DNA of 62,562 nucleotides, counting the filler, from Globobulimina sp. (Eukaryota): assembly GCA_003354225.1 (NCBI GenBank). It is 26 parts of 26 records of this genome, joined end to end, with 100 filler letters (N's around TTAATTAATTAA, not from the genome) between each part and the next. Parts side by side here need not be neighbours in the genome. Positions count along the whole stretch, not along the records: positions 33,764 to 36,072 come from PIVH01007474.1; positions 36,173 to 38,481 come from PIVH01007475.1; positions 38,582 to 40,890 come from PIVH01007476.1; positions 40,991 to 43,299 come from PIVH01007477.1; positions 43,400 to 45,708 come from PIVH01007478.1; positions 45,809 to 48,117 come from PIVH01007479.1; 20 more parts are not named here. The stretch is one strand, 5' to 3'. The notes beneath the pieces were generated by a model. That model did no database searches and was not told the origin of the DNA. It saw only the letters and a program-made list of their open reading frames with translations. Both the position numbers and the translations under genes were made by a program. Position 1 is the stretch's first letter. Each line of letters begins with the position of its first letter. Positions 33,895 through 46,119 of the stretch are shown here, in pieces.

Positions 33895-35496
33895 ATGCAA
33901 TACTTAGAATCTCTGAAAGAGCATATTCCCGATGATATTAACGCTGCAGTTTCCTCAGTAGCAAGTTATATATCTAGAAACAAAAAAAAATGTGCATGCT
34001 TCTATGGGTTACCCGCGTTGTTTTGTTTACGATATGTTTATATTAAATATTCCAATAAACAAAATAAATTACCGCCTGGTCCAATTGGTTGGCCTTTGCT
34101 TGGTTCAGCTTACAATGTCATTATGCAAAGGCAGAGGGATTGGGAATATTATGTGTCGTGCACATATGGCGTAGTATCATCATACAAAGTGTTTGGAACA
34201 AATTTTATACTTATTAGCGATGCCCAAATTGCCAAAAAACTAATCTCCAAAAAAGATGTAATGGATAGATTTTACAAACCAGGACAATGGCATATCTTTG
34301 GTGTTGGAGAAGAAAATACCATTCCCTTACTTTATTTAGATGGAACTGACTGGATTAACAGAAGGAGATTAGTACAAAATACATTGGTTCGATTATTAAC
34401 AAATTCCAAAGTAAATGATATCATTAATGCCCGTATCAAAGATACCTTTGCGCCGTATTTAGATTCATTATGCGATGAAAAAGAAAATTGGATCTATCAA
34501 CGCGGAATGATTGCTTATTTGACATTTAATTCAATCTATGGCTCCTGTTTTGGCTCTTCATTGCAAATAAATGATGAAAAATACCAAAACATTGCATATT
34601 CAGTCACCAATACACTGAATTTGATTACCACAGATGTGCTGTTTCGAGTGTTGCCATTTATGAAATATGTGCAAAGGGCGCAATATGAAGAAATGGCCAA
34701 ATTTAGAGAATGGAGAAACGAGTTTTTTACAGAATTGTTATTGCAAAGAAGAGAGAAATATAATAAGAATAATTTATTATCGATTGTCGACCATTTTTAT
34801 TTTTTAATTGATCGGAAGGAAATGACTGTAAATGAATGTGTCGCTGAACTATTCATATTATTTTTAGCAGGAATGGACACCACAACAAATAGCATTTCTT
34901 TTGGGATATTTCTAGTGGCAAAGTATCCAAATATTGTTAAAAGAATCAGGAATGAATTAAAAAATGTATTTGATAAAGAGGTTGATCTGCGAAAAATAAA
35001 CAAATGTCCAATGTTCCGATCCTTTGTGTATGAAACATTGCGGATATCGTCAGTGATTCGCGTGGGTTTCCCGCATACATCCAAAGAGGATCAAGAAATT
35101 GAAGATTATAGAAATGGGAATAAATATGTAATACCAAAAGGGAGTGTGATACAATATTATGTTGATTATATTCAACGAATTGGTGAGAACAATATGGATA
35201 ATACGGATTGGATAGGAATCGGTGATGAGATATGTTTGGAGAATTGGCTTAAAAAAGATGAGAATGACAAATATTATTTTCAAATTAATCGCTCGTTTAT
35301 AAATTTTGGTTGTGGCAGAAGGGATTGTGTTGGGAAGTCACTTGCTGTGAAAGAAATGTGTCTGGTGTTAGGATATTTAATTTTGAATTATGATATGTCT
35401 TTGGTTGACATGGATGCTGGAATCGATCGATTTGAAGTTGGGAAAATAATGCAAATTAAACAACGGCCAATCAAAATTAAACAAATAAATATGTAA
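33895..35496 (+). CDS. Cytochrome P450, complete
   Basis: LPPGPIGWPLLG, WINRRR, LFLAGMDTT, ETLR and heme motif FGCGRRDCVG. Confidence 0.97.
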   Translation: MQYLESLKEHIPDDINAAVSSVASYISRNKKKCACFYGLPALFCLRYVYIKYSNKQNKLPPGPIGWPLLGSAYNVIMQRQRDWEYYVSCTYGVVSSYKVFGTNFILISDAQIAKKLISKKDVMDRFYKPGQWHIFGVGEENTIPLLYLDGTDWINRRRLVQNTLVRLLTNSKVNDIINARIKDTFAPYLDSLCDEKENWIYQRGMIAYLTFNSIYGSCFGSSLQINDEKYQNIAYSVTNTLNLITTDVLFRVLPFMKYVQRAQYEEMAKFREWRNEFFTELLLQRREKYNKNNLLSIVDHFYFLIDRKEMTVNECVAELFILFLAGMDTTTNSISFGIFLVAKYPNIVKRIRNELKNVFDKEVDLRKINKCPMFRSFVYETLRISSVIRVGFPHTSKEDQEIEDYRNGNKYVIPKGSVIQYYVDYIQRIGENNMDNTDWIGIGDEICLENWLKKDENDKYYFQINRSFINFGCGRRDCVGKSLAVKEMCLVLGYLILNYDMSLVDMDAGIDRFEVGKIMQIKQRPIKIKQINM

Positions 35497-35618
35497 ATAA
35501 CATTTGTTTTTGTGGAATAGTTATTAATTAATTATATAATACTAGTAAGTAGATAATTATATGATAAGTATGCTCAGTATATTGAACTAGTGTTACTGGT
35601 CAGTTTAGTTAAGTGACA

Positions 35619-36072
35619 ATGACTAAAATGTGTTTGTTAAATATTGTAATATCGAGTCATTTAATATTTACTGTGTTATGTGGCAACACCACACACCACT
35701 ACGGCATTGATTTGCTAAATTTCGCTTTAGTTTCGGAGTGGACTATACATGATGAACATAATGAAGAGTATGAAGGAGAATACATCATTTATAAGTTCCC
35801 AACTCGGCATACATTATCTGGTATACATTTAAACCATGCCGAAGACCATAAACAATGGTTAAATCAGACAAAACACACTGATTCGGTATTGGTAGCGTCG
35901 TGGAGACAATATTCGACACATCAATCATATTATTTACATTTATTTTACACTGCTGACCAACAACAAATGTTTTGGAAATTTGTACAGTTTGCACGCGAAC
36001 ATGAAAAAAGAATTATTTATGAAATATTAACTGGCCATCGCGTGTTACCTGAACCAGCACTATCTGACTCAT
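35619..36072 (+). CDS. Hypothetical secreted protein, 3' truncated
   Basis: Hydrophobic N-terminus; frame open into the linker. Confidence 0.5.
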
Positions 36073-36172
36073 NNNNNNNNNNNNNNNNNNNNNNNNNNNN
36101 NNNNNNNNNNNNNNNNTTAATTAATTAANNNNNNNNNNNNNNNNNNNNNNNNNNNNNNNNNNNNNNNNNNNN

Positions 36173-36557
36173 TGCATTAGATTTGAGATTACGATCTTTT
36201 AATAAATATCTTATGGATATTAAATCCTATATTAATACCTTAACATATCCGGATGTCGCAAAATATAGAGAGTGGAGTATGAATGAAATGATTCAATGGA
36301 TATTATTATTGGAAAATGGAAGATATGCAAAGTATGTGGATCTGTTTAGAACAGGTTTTAAATCGGATGGTATTAATGGTTCAAATTTACCAGATTTGGA
36401 TAAAAATGTATTACGGAGTGCTCCATTTAACATTTCAAATTTTGGAGATAGAAAGGAGTTAGAACAACATTTTAAGTCTTTAGCAAGAAACAATGCAGAA
36501 AATGCACCGATTTGTAATGTCGAAAATAATGAAGGATCATTGACTGAGTATCATTGA
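36173..36557 (+). CDS. C-terminal SAM-domain fragment
   Basis: YREWSMNEMIQWILLLENGRYAKY..GINGSNLPDLDKNVL..ISNFGDRK, similar to the SAM at the end of 58248-60122. Confidence 0.78.
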
Positions 36558-36668
36558 TTGGAAAATATCAAATAACTGTTGGTTGCAATTGTTATGTTAT
36601 TTCTCTTCAAAAATTGAAGAATCAAAGTTTAGAAAGTTTTTCGAGAGTGAAACACTTTAAATTTGATC

Positions 36669-37622
36669 ATGGGAAGCATTTCTACTTGTGAACATCCTGA
36701 TGCTGGCAAAACAAATATAAATACCGAACAACCTAACGATTTTGATGCTAAACATCAAGTATTAGAACCAAGTGCATATAGCAATGCGAAATCAATAAAA
36801 AATCAAATGATTTTGAAGAAAAAATCAAATGGACAATCAATCATTCAACAAGCAATAAATGCTAACCTGCTCTCTGTAGATAACTATGCCGTCTATGCGT
36901 TTGATTCAAAATTGTTTTATTGTTGGGTTACTGGTGAGATTGAGGATGTAAGTTCGTCAAAATTCAAGTTTAATCTTCATATTATCGATAAACACGGCCA
37001 AAAGGGTTGTTATGCATTCTCCTCAAATTATACAACAATTCAGCAAATATATTCTTCTGCGTACAGTTGCAGGAAGGAGTATTTCCCACAAAGCAAGTTC
37101 TCTGATCAATTTATGGAGGATCATAGTTAATTTTATCCATATATATATATGCACAAACAACTTAGATATGTGATAATGTTCTGTCGTATAACAGAGAATG
37201 ATACAGATTTAACATTGGTGCAGAGACATATGATGTTATATGAAATTCTGTGGACTGAAGTCACTGAACATACCCAACACACAATGCTTGATGTACAGAC
37301 ATGCTGTGATGCACTAATTAAACTGCTTAACGCTCCATTGCTTGTACAACAAAAAAGCAATATATTGTTTCGTTTAGGAATGCAATTAGAGATTAAAAAT
37401 TTATTACAAAATATAGCTAGACAGTGGATTGCTTCATTGACACAAAGAGCTAAAGCCGACGTTGGTGAGTTTACGACTAACAATCAACTCATACATTGGA
37501 GTCATTTAACATTCCATACTTTATCTCTTGCAGAACGACCAAATAATGCGACCTCAACGCATTGGGCTCTCAAATTTGAAGGTGATAATTATTACCATCA
37601 AACCAACACATATGAGTCATGA
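36669..37622 (+). CDS. Eukaryotic hypothetical protein(s), two ORFs possibly joined by a short intron
   Basis: ORFs 36663-37130 and 37149-37622 on the same strand, separated by an AT-rich stretch. Confidence 0.4.
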
Positions 37623-37694
37623 TTGTCTTGTTTATCATCTCTATCTAACGTTTTTCTGTGATACCATTCGTTTTTTTTAACATTGTATGTAAAA

Positions 37695-38481
37695 TAATAA
37701 TTCCGACCAATGATCAGCGGTATCGGAGCAGAGAGCATCAGATCGGTGGCGCTGTCATAGAATACTCCCGATACAAGGTTGACAGGATCAGCCACACAAG
37801 CGTCCCGATCAGCGCTTCCATAGCCTTGTCTAGCAAGAATTTGGCCTTGGGCCAAGGCGGTCAATGCAACTTCCTGTGCCGTCTCCCAATCGTTCCACAA
37901 CGGATTATTATTCAGATCCATCGGGATATTATATGCCTTGGCCAAGGCGGCAAGCCTGTTGAATAGTTCCGACGATATTTTACTGGGAACCGCCGGAGAG
38001 CCGCCGTCCAGTGGCAACACCATTAGGTCCAATATCGATGTGAGGTTAAGCGGGTCATTCATATCGACGACAATCACTTCACAAGACGCAGTCGAGGATG
38101 CCGTGTAGGCTTCTACGGTGTAAACGCCTGCATCTTGGAAGTAGGTGGGGGAAATGTCTACCGCATCCAGACTATTTGCAGGAAGAGTCGTGATCAGGAA
38201 GTCACTTTTTTCTAAGGTGGTTCCAGCCTCAACAACAGCACTATTTGTTGTGGTGGAAATGGAAAGGACTTCCACTTCTGCAGATGCAACGGCATTGGTC
38301 CACCTGATTAGAACCATGTCGTTGTTGCCGCTGTACGGCTGACCATCCACTGATCCCCTGACGGAGCCGCCAGCATAAATATTTCCGCCATCAATCGCTA
38401 TATCAGCGCCAAAATCACCAAGAGAGGATCCTTTGAATCGACTCCACAACCGATTGCCGTCGGCATCAAATTTGCTGATGA
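37695..38481 (-). CDS. Bacterial RHS-type protein fragment: SBBP beta-propeller repeat + DUF6531
   Basis: DFGADIAIDGGNIYAGGSVRGSVDGQPYSGNNDMVL (SBBP-like); ADPVNLVSGVFYDSATDLMLSAPIPLIIGRNY (DUF6531, RHS-associated); GC much higher than the rest of the contig. Confidence 0.75.
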
Positions 38482-38581
38482 NNNNNNNNNNNNNNNNNNN
38501 NNNNNNNNNNNNNNNNNNNNNNNNNTTAATTAATTAANNNNNNNNNNNNNNNNNNNNNNNNNNNNNNNNNNNNNNNNNNNN

Positions 38582-39316
38582 CGATTATTATATATACTGA
38601 CAACGCCACCAGAAAAGCCAATAATTGCCATGAGTTATTTAATATTTCTCGCCAATCGCACTCACATTTACATTCCCGTCTTGCTCTGTTATTATTATTA
38701 TTGTTGTTGTGGTTGTTATCAATGACTAATCGTAATCGATTATCATTTACTGCACGTATTGCATCATCGAATACATTCTTTAAATTATGTTGGGTCAATG
38801 CAGATACTTCCATATATTTAACGGCTCCAATTTCTGTCTTTAATGCAGTGGCTTGCTCCACACTGACAAAAGTATCTGAGATTGAACTGAGGTCATTGCG
38901 TAAATCAGATTTCGTCCCTACTAAAATATAGGGTATTTCTGGACTGTGATGTGAGAGTTCTGGCGACCATTTATCGCGAACCTGCTCAAACGAAGTGAGA
39001 TCATTGAGAGCAAAGCATATAACGAATATTTGGGTGTCGCGGTAATTTAATGGTCTGTGATTATTATTGTATATGAGGCGATATTATTTGTGTTAATTTG
39101 GTTATGTATATACCGTAATCTGTCATATTCTGGATTTCCCTGTGTATCAGTCAGATTTAATTGTATTGGGTGGCCATCCACCATAATATTAGCATCGTAT
39201 GGATCAAAGACTCGTGGGGTAAATTCTGATGGAAATGCATTTGTTGTATACGATATCAACATGCTGGTCTTGCCAACATTTGTGTCCCCGACCACTGTTA
39301 ATTTTATATGCTGCAT
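38582..39316 (-). CDS. Atypical Rac/Rho GTPase with C-terminal hydrophobic extension (spliced, 3' truncated)
   Basis: [26 protein letters not shown]; intron 39055-39113 restores [39 protein letters not shown]. Confidence 0.92.
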
Positions 39317-40316
39317 GACACTGTCTCAACTATGATCTGCAAGCACAATCAAAAAAGATGCCATGATGCAAGTAGCAAACGGTGACTGTTTTTCATTAGT
39401 ACTTGTTGGGTTTTCTTCGGCATTTTTGCATATTATTTTAGAAAAATTGACGTTTTTATGAAGCGGATGTGCAAGGATTCAAATTGACAAATTTAAATGG
39501 TATCGTAATCGAATTACACGAGTCAAATATGACAACAAAAATATTCACATTATATTGGTAAACATATTTATAACTTTCTAATCCATAAAATGATTGAAAC
39601 ATGTTTCGGTTAGGTTTTATCTACAAAATCGAAAGATTGATGAATGTTATAATCCCTTTACACATGGTCCTAAACATGGTTTCATTTTTTTCAGGCAACA
39701 AACTGGAAAACAACAACAATAAAATGGTAATGCTTTACGTACTGCGCCATCCTGTTAAATTGCACAAAAATGCGAATTTGCGATATATTATATTTCTTAA
39801 TTTTGCAATGCATGAACTAAACTGTCATTGAATCTTGGCCACAACTGCACATCTTATCACATGATGAGCCCATTTTAATATGTTTTCCTTTGTTTTAATA
39901 TATTGTTATTGTTTGGACTTTGGATTGTTATTGTTGATGACAGATGAAAAAACTGAAAGTTACTTAAAAACTTCTAGTCATCATCGAATGTAAAACCGAT
40001 CGTTTTTGTAAAGTCATCATCGAATGTATAATATCAGCAGAAACAAAATAAGCGAACTGGAGTTGCATAATGTTTAACGGAGTACAAAAATACATATTTT
40101 CAACTTAAATGTAAAAAAAAAAAAATCAAAAATAGGGATTAGGGAATAACGACATCACTCACAAAAAGAAAAAACAAACAAAGAATAGTTTGATTCAAAT
40201 TAACACATCGACAGTGTAAAAATGTAAATATTTAAATACGCAAACATAGGAAAAATAGGAAAATCAATAATCATTACAATTTTTAAGTTTAACAATGAAC
40301 AATAAAGAGATATAAA

Positions 40317-40890
40317 TTATTGATCACCGTCCACAGTCAATGCAGATGGTAGCGGTGCTTTTGGTGAACAAACTAGAAATGTCGGTGAGTCTTTTTGTGA
40401 TTTATTTGGAACCACAGATATTTCAATATTACTGTTGTTATCATAATTTGCCTCATCATATTCCAAACTCTTTTGCGGCGACGGAAAGGCCGAATTCATT
40501 GTATTTGGACTATGCGGCATTGCATTATTTAATATATTTTGCATCCAATATACCTGAATATCTTCATTCAAAATCAATGAATGCGCACTTGGCCTTAACG
40601 ATGCTTTGTGATTTGTCATCTTTGCAATTAAATCAATTTCTTTTCTAAATTTTTGTTGATCAATGCGCTGCACATCAATTTCCGCGTTATTTCTCAGTTT
40701 GGAGATTGCAATGCGTCGCTCCATCATCGTATCAAAAGCAGGTTGGATTAATTCAAATAATATGATGCCTAAACTATATACATCCGCAGCCGTGCCATAT
40801 GGATACGAGTCGTGTCCCACTGAGTGCGATGAGACTTGTTCGGGTGCCGCATATGTGTCCGTCCCAATACATGTCGTCAGCAATGAACCC
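40317..40890 (-). CDS. eIF2-alpha kinase-like protein kinase, C-lobe fragment
   Basis: IGTDTYAAPEQ..ADVYSLGIILFEL..FDTMMERRIAISKLR (the FxTxMER motif is typical of eIF2a kinases). Confidence 0.85.
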
Positions 40891-40995
40891 NNNNNNNNNN
40901 NNNNNNNNNNNNNNNNNNNNNNNNNNNNNNNNNNTTAATTAATTAANNNNNNNNNNNNNNNNNNNNNNNNNNNNNNNNNNNNNNNNNNNNAATAC

Positions 40996-42710
40996 ATGGC
41001 AGCTCAGTTTGCAAACTTCACACAAGGTAATGATGCAGAAGGCGAAGAAATCAATGCTTCCAAACCAACCTTAAAAACGTGTTTTTCTAATTTGCCAAAT
41101 GTATACAACAAATTGCTACAACAAGGCATGAATAAATTGGATGATTTGTTATTTGTGAAAGAAGATGAATTGAATGAATTGTGTGGTTCCGACATATTAA
41201 ACTTAAAAGGAATGGAAAAAATTAGGTTTAAATCAACTGTGCGTCAAATTCAGTCACAATATGCACCTAAAAAAGAACCAGATTTCATAGCCATTACAAT
41301 GGCGGAACAAAATGAAATAAATCAAATTAATATTTTATGCAATCAAATGAATGATATTCAAACAGTTTTTGAAAGTCACTTCAATCAAATTGAGGATCAC
41401 GTAAACAAAATGAAAGCAAGTGTTGATGCACAGTTTGATGACATTTCTAAAGCATTACGACAAAGAAAAGTGTCTTTATATAAAGAAGTTAAGTTATTTA
41501 TTACAGCATATTCAATTAATTAATATATTGTTATTTATATCAGATTGAAGAATGGAAAGTAAATAAATTAGAAAATATAAATAAAATAATATCCAATATT
41601 GTTAAATATAAAAATGAAATCAAATCAACAAGAAATGAATGCAATGAGTTATTGAAAAACAGCAATAATAATAACGAGGATGTGTTAGTGCGTCAGCATA
41701 AAATTAAACAAATCACAAAAGAGACATTTGCCAAACAAACAACATTTGGCCCATTTTATGAATTTATTTCCCAAAATACAAATATTCTAAATATTACATT
41801 CCGATCCCGTTCATTAAAAAAAGAATTAACTGCATATGGCAAATTGGATAAAAATCCCTCCATCAGAATTCCGACAATTTCGTTACAAAAACCGGTCAAA
41901 ATAAATTACTCTCGAAATGGATATGTGGTAAAACTAAAATGGAGCATATTAAACAAAGAAAATAATGATAACATCTCAGTCAATTTTATTCAATGTGATA
42001 TTGATGAAAAAAAAGCGTTTGAAAATACAGAAATAATGAAATGGAAAAATGCAGAATATTTAGCAATTAAATCCAATGATAATCGAGAATTTGAAGTTGA
42101 TATTAAAAATATGTTTGAATTCGATGTAATGTATAAATATCAAATTAAATTAAATGTAAAGGATCCAATTCATTCGATATTTCAATCAAACATTGTTGAG
42201 TTTATTGTCAATGACGAGCCACCAAAAGGGAATGCAATTAAAACGCCATTGCAATATCATTCGCATAGAAAACATTTTTATAATGGAGCTAAATATCATC
42301 CGCGTAATCTTTTAGTTGTGAATGGCAACAAGAGATATTACAGCGGCACTAATTCTGATTTTGGAGATGAAGAAGTGGATTGGATAATATTTAAATGTTC
42401 AGATTTGTGTTTTCCATCAAAATTTGTGATAAAAAATCGCGGAACGACAGCAGGTGTTCGAACTATGCGAATATTGATTGGAAATGGTAATAATAAATGG
42501 TTTCCATTGAATTCAAAAGAAACAATAGTCGCAATTGCAAAGACAAATCAGTATCAATCTTTTGCAATTTCCGGAATTGATTGTAAAATGATTAAAGAGA
42601 ATCAACTCAAACTCATAAAATTAGAATTCATTACAAATCATGGATGTGAGAATATATATTATGTTCGATTTAGTGTTAATGAATTCCAGCTCCGTGGTAT
42701 TAAATTGTAA
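40996..42710 (+). CDS. SAM-like + coiled coil + beta-sandwich (galactose-binding/discoidin-like) protein, spliced
   Basis: Intron 41488-41543 joins the ORFs in frame; C-terminal YHPRNLL..YYSG..DWIIF..IKLEFITNHG..EFQLRG. Confidence 0.7.
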
Positions 42711-42830
42711 AACTAATCTAACAGTTCGTCTTTTAGTCTTTCTTCTGTGATGTCTAATATGTCTTTTTTAATTTTTGAACAGAGGGGGAAAACAAGACTT
42801 GAAAATTGATGAAACACTTGCAGAGCAACA

Positions 42831-43299
42831 ATGGCGCAACCTCAAGAAAACTACTTTGAGCCTCTCAGGGAAGCGTGCAAATTTTACGGCAGTGCAAAAG
42901 GTTGCCGACATGGTGCCAGTTGTTATTACAATCATGACAATGCAACGAAAGTGCCATTATGTCGGAATTATCAAAATGACAACTGTCTATTTGGTAATTT
43001 CTGTAATTTCAGACATTACTATGATGATAATGTTAACCAAGATGTCGATGAATTGTGCAAGTTTTTTAATTCACCGTATGGTTGCTCACGAAAAGACAAA
43101 TGCCGATATAAACACATTAAGCAACTACAACCAAAACAAGATGACACTGTACGCTTATATTCATTCAATGCATTATGTGACATGAAACTAAATATTCCAC
43201 AAAGAAAATGGCAAACATTCAACCCCAAAACAGAATGCATTGCGGGTCTCACCGTCTGTCAATTTAACTGTTTAGCACAGGATCTTACCTCTGGAGAAA
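42831..43299 (+). CDS. 3x CCCH zinc finger + start of EEP (CCR4/nocturnin/Angel-like) domain, 3' truncated
   Basis: Three C-x7/8-C-x5-C-x3-H fingers; LTVCQFNCLAQDL resembles the first strand of CCR4-family EEP domains. Confidence 0.72.
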
Positions 43300-43399
43300 N
43301 NNNNNNNNNNNNNNNNNNNNNNNNNNNNNNNNNNNNNNNNNNNTTAATTAATTAANNNNNNNNNNNNNNNNNNNNNNNNNNNNNNNNNNNNNNNNNNNN

Positions 43400-43471
43400 G
43401 ACAAGTCCGCAACTGGCCTCACAAATGGGGCATGAACGGTGAATCGATTCTGTATTTGATTTTTCAGACAT
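43400..43471 (-). CDS. Molybdopterin oxidoreductase N-terminus (4Fe-4S), bacterial, truncated
   Basis: RBS AAGGAGG, then MSEKSNTESIHRSCPICEASCGLV (CxxCxxxC). Confidence 0.75.
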
Positions 43472-43551
43472 GGCTGGTACCTCCTTTGCTTTTTGACAGG
43501 TTCAACAGGATCTAAGGGATTTGTTTGTGAATTTCTCCCTTCCCTGGTTGA

Positions 43552-45708
43552 TCATATCCACTTGTTAATAAAAGATTTAATTTGCCGTTTCGCTTTAACC
43601 ATAACAAGAGAGTTTTTATGATGTAAAGCGAATGCTTCGGGAAGAGATTGTCTCAGCTGTTGATGTAAAAAAGATTCTCCTGTAGCTCCGATGACTACAA
43701 GATCATAATCCATGGCTTCTTCAATAAGAGTATTAAAACGCTTTTTTGAAATAGCGTATTTTGATTCAAAAAGAGAACGAGGCGCATTAAGTTTTGGAGT
43801 TGTTTCATCGATAAAAGCATCTACGTCTTTAGTAGGCTTGCCGGGAGGAGCCATATTAAAAACAACAACACGTCCGCCTTCATGCTCAACCATAATAGAT
43901 GCCACCTCCATGGCAAGATTTGAGTTTGGTCCACCGGCATAAGGAACCAGAACATTGAGGTATTTTGTCTGATTACAGTCTTTAAAAATCGCCACATCAC
44001 AACTTGCACGCTCCAGGACAGGATCGACTTTGCTTCCCAGGGTAAACCCTTCTTTTCCCTGACCGTGCCATCCCATTATAAGCAGATCTGCTTTTCTTTC
44101 GGCAGCAGCTGACACGATACCTCTTGCGATGCTTCTGCAGTAACGCATGGTGCTGCTAAATTTACAACGGGGTGCAAGATAAATCATGGCTTCACCTATG
44201 GCTTCCATTCCAGTTTGCGAATATTTTGAAGCATCCGAAAGAGGAACCTGGGGCGGTACAGGTACCATATTAATTACATCGATTTCTGTTCGGTCATTTT
44301 TTGCCTTGCAGAATTTATGACAGTTCATTGCCAGAGATACGGCATTCGCGGGATTTGCAACTGAAATAAGAATTCTGTAGTCTGTTTTTTTAAATATCGG
44401 TTCTTCCTGTAATACGACTATTTCATCTTCGGTTCTGGTGGCTTTGTGCCTGGAATAAAAATAATAAATTATCATTCCGCTTATAATCCATAGCGGCCCT
44501 ACAATCCAGGCAATATAACTCATATGGATGAGCCATGCGGCCAGCACTGCCTGTATCAGAATTCCGCAAAGAGGCGGTATGGGGAAAAGAGGCATAACAA
44601 AACCATAATTCATTTCATCTCCCATATTTCTTCTGATACGAATAACGCATAGATTCACCAGGAAAAAGAGAAAAAGAAACATCATGCTGGCGCTTGAAGC
44701 CACGTCGATGGTGGGCAGAAAGGCTGCTGTTAAAATTACGATAATACCCGTAAAAAACAGGGCCATATAAGGGGTGCGTTTTTTGGAATGGAGCTTTGAA
44801 AAAACGGGCGGCAACATATTGTCCCTTCCAAGCGCATACGAAGCGCGGGTTGCCGAAAAAACAGTCGCATTAAGCGCGGATGTTGACGCAAATATAACGG
44901 TGATCGTAACAAGGATATTCCCGTATGAGGGTAATAATTGCGAGACAGCTTCACCGAAACCTTTTGCTCCAAAACTTCCAATCCACTGCCAGGGCGCCTG
45001 GCCTACATCTTTTACACCGACAATAGCGGCAAATGCGACACCCACATAGGTAAACACAACAATAAAAATAGAATAAATCATGGCTTTGGGAAGATTCCGC
45101 CTGGGATCAATCGTTTCGTCACCGGCCTGTGCAATGACTTCAAATCCTTCAAATGCAACATATGTAAAACCCATGGTAATCAAAAGTTTATCCCATCCGT
45201 TCGGCATGAAAGGTTTAAAATTTCCCAGTCTTCCCGGGTCTGAAATTGCAGTAAACACGCCCACTCCGGCAATAAAGAGAAGCGTGGCGGTCTGTCCAAG
45301 TGTAAAAAAAGCGCCGAGATTTCCTGTTTCAGAGACACCGCGGTAATTGATGTATAGAAATAAGCACGCTATCAGGACGGCGACTGTCTTTTCAATAAGT
45401 ATAAGCTGAAAACCCTGAGCATTAATAATGCCGAGCTGAGAAAGGTAATTTACAGTATACAACGCAAACGTGACGGCATATAGACTTCCCGCAACAGATG
45501 ACGCGAACCATTCCATCCATCCTGCAAGAAAACTTGTACCACGACCAAAACCTATCCTGGCAAAATTATACGCGCCCCCTGCTTTGGGTACCGCAGAACT
45601 CAGCTCAGCATAAGACATGGCTGTAAACATTGCGACTATTGCATTTAATGAAAAAGTGAGAATAACCCCACCTGGCCCTGCAACTTTTATTGCATTACCG
45701 ACGCCCAG
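43552..45708 (-). CDS. Bacterial APC-family amino acid permease fused to two USP domains (5' truncated)
   Basis: SYAELSSAVPKAGGAY, YVAFEGFEVIAQAGDE, RASYALGRD and multiple TM helices; C-terminal ILISVANP..ADLLIMGW..VLVPYAGGPNS USP pair. Confidence 0.93.
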   Translation of the reverse strand: MGVGNAIKVAGPGGVILTFSLNAIVAMFTAMSYAELSSAVPKAGGAYNFARIGFGRGTSFLAGWMEWFASSVAGSLYAVTFALYTVNYLSQLGIINAQGFQLILIEKTVAVLIACLFLYINYRGVSETGNLGAFFTLGQTATLLFIAGVGVFTAISDPGRLGNFKPFMPNGWDKLLITMGFTYVAFEGFEVIAQAGDETIDPRRNLPKAMIYSIFIVVFTYVGVAFAAIVGVKDVGQAPWQWIGSFGAKGFGEAVSQLLPSYGNILVTITVIFASTSALNATVFSATRASYALGRDNMLPPVFSKLHSKKRTPYMALFFTGIIVILTAAFLPTIDVASSASMMFLFLFFLVNLCVIRIRRNMGDEMNYGFVMPLFPIPPLCGILIQAVLAAWLIHMSYIAWIVGPLWIISGMIIYYFYSRHKATRTEDEIVVLQEEPIFKKTDYRILISVANPANAVSLAMNCHKFCKAKNDRTEIDVINMVPVPPQVPLSDASKYSQTGMEAIGEAMIYLAPRCKFSSTMRYCRSIARGIVSAAAERKADLLIMGWHGQGKEGFTLGSKVDPVLERASCDVAIFKDCNQTKYLNVLVPYAGGPNSNLAMEVASIMVEHEGGRVVVFNMAPPGKPTKDVDAFIDETTPKLNAPRSLFESKYAISKKRFNTLIEEAMDYDLVVIGATGESFLHQQLRQSLPEAFALHHKNSLVMVKAKRQIKSFINKWI

Positions 45709-46119
45709 NNNNNNNNNNNNNNNNNNNNNNNNNNNNNNNNNNNNNNNNNNNNTTAATTAATTAANNNNNNNNNNNNNNNNNNNNNNNNNNNNNNNNNNNN
45801 NNNNNNNNTTGGATCGCTCAAAGGTTTCGTACCAAACAATAAATATAAAATGGAAATTCTATCATTGTCATTACAAACAACCAGTTTAGTACATATATAT
45901 ATATATATTATGTTTTTTACTCACAATAATCAAATAACATAAAATAAAACAAAGAAAAAAAAATCGAAAAGAAACAACCATTTGAATTAAGGCATTATCT
46001 TCCTGTATTTCATAATTATTTTAGTTCCATCACTCGGAATTGTTGAGTTTGAATATTTATATTAAATGCCTCATCACAAAACAATTGCAATTTATATCTG
46101 ATATATAATATTTGTACAG

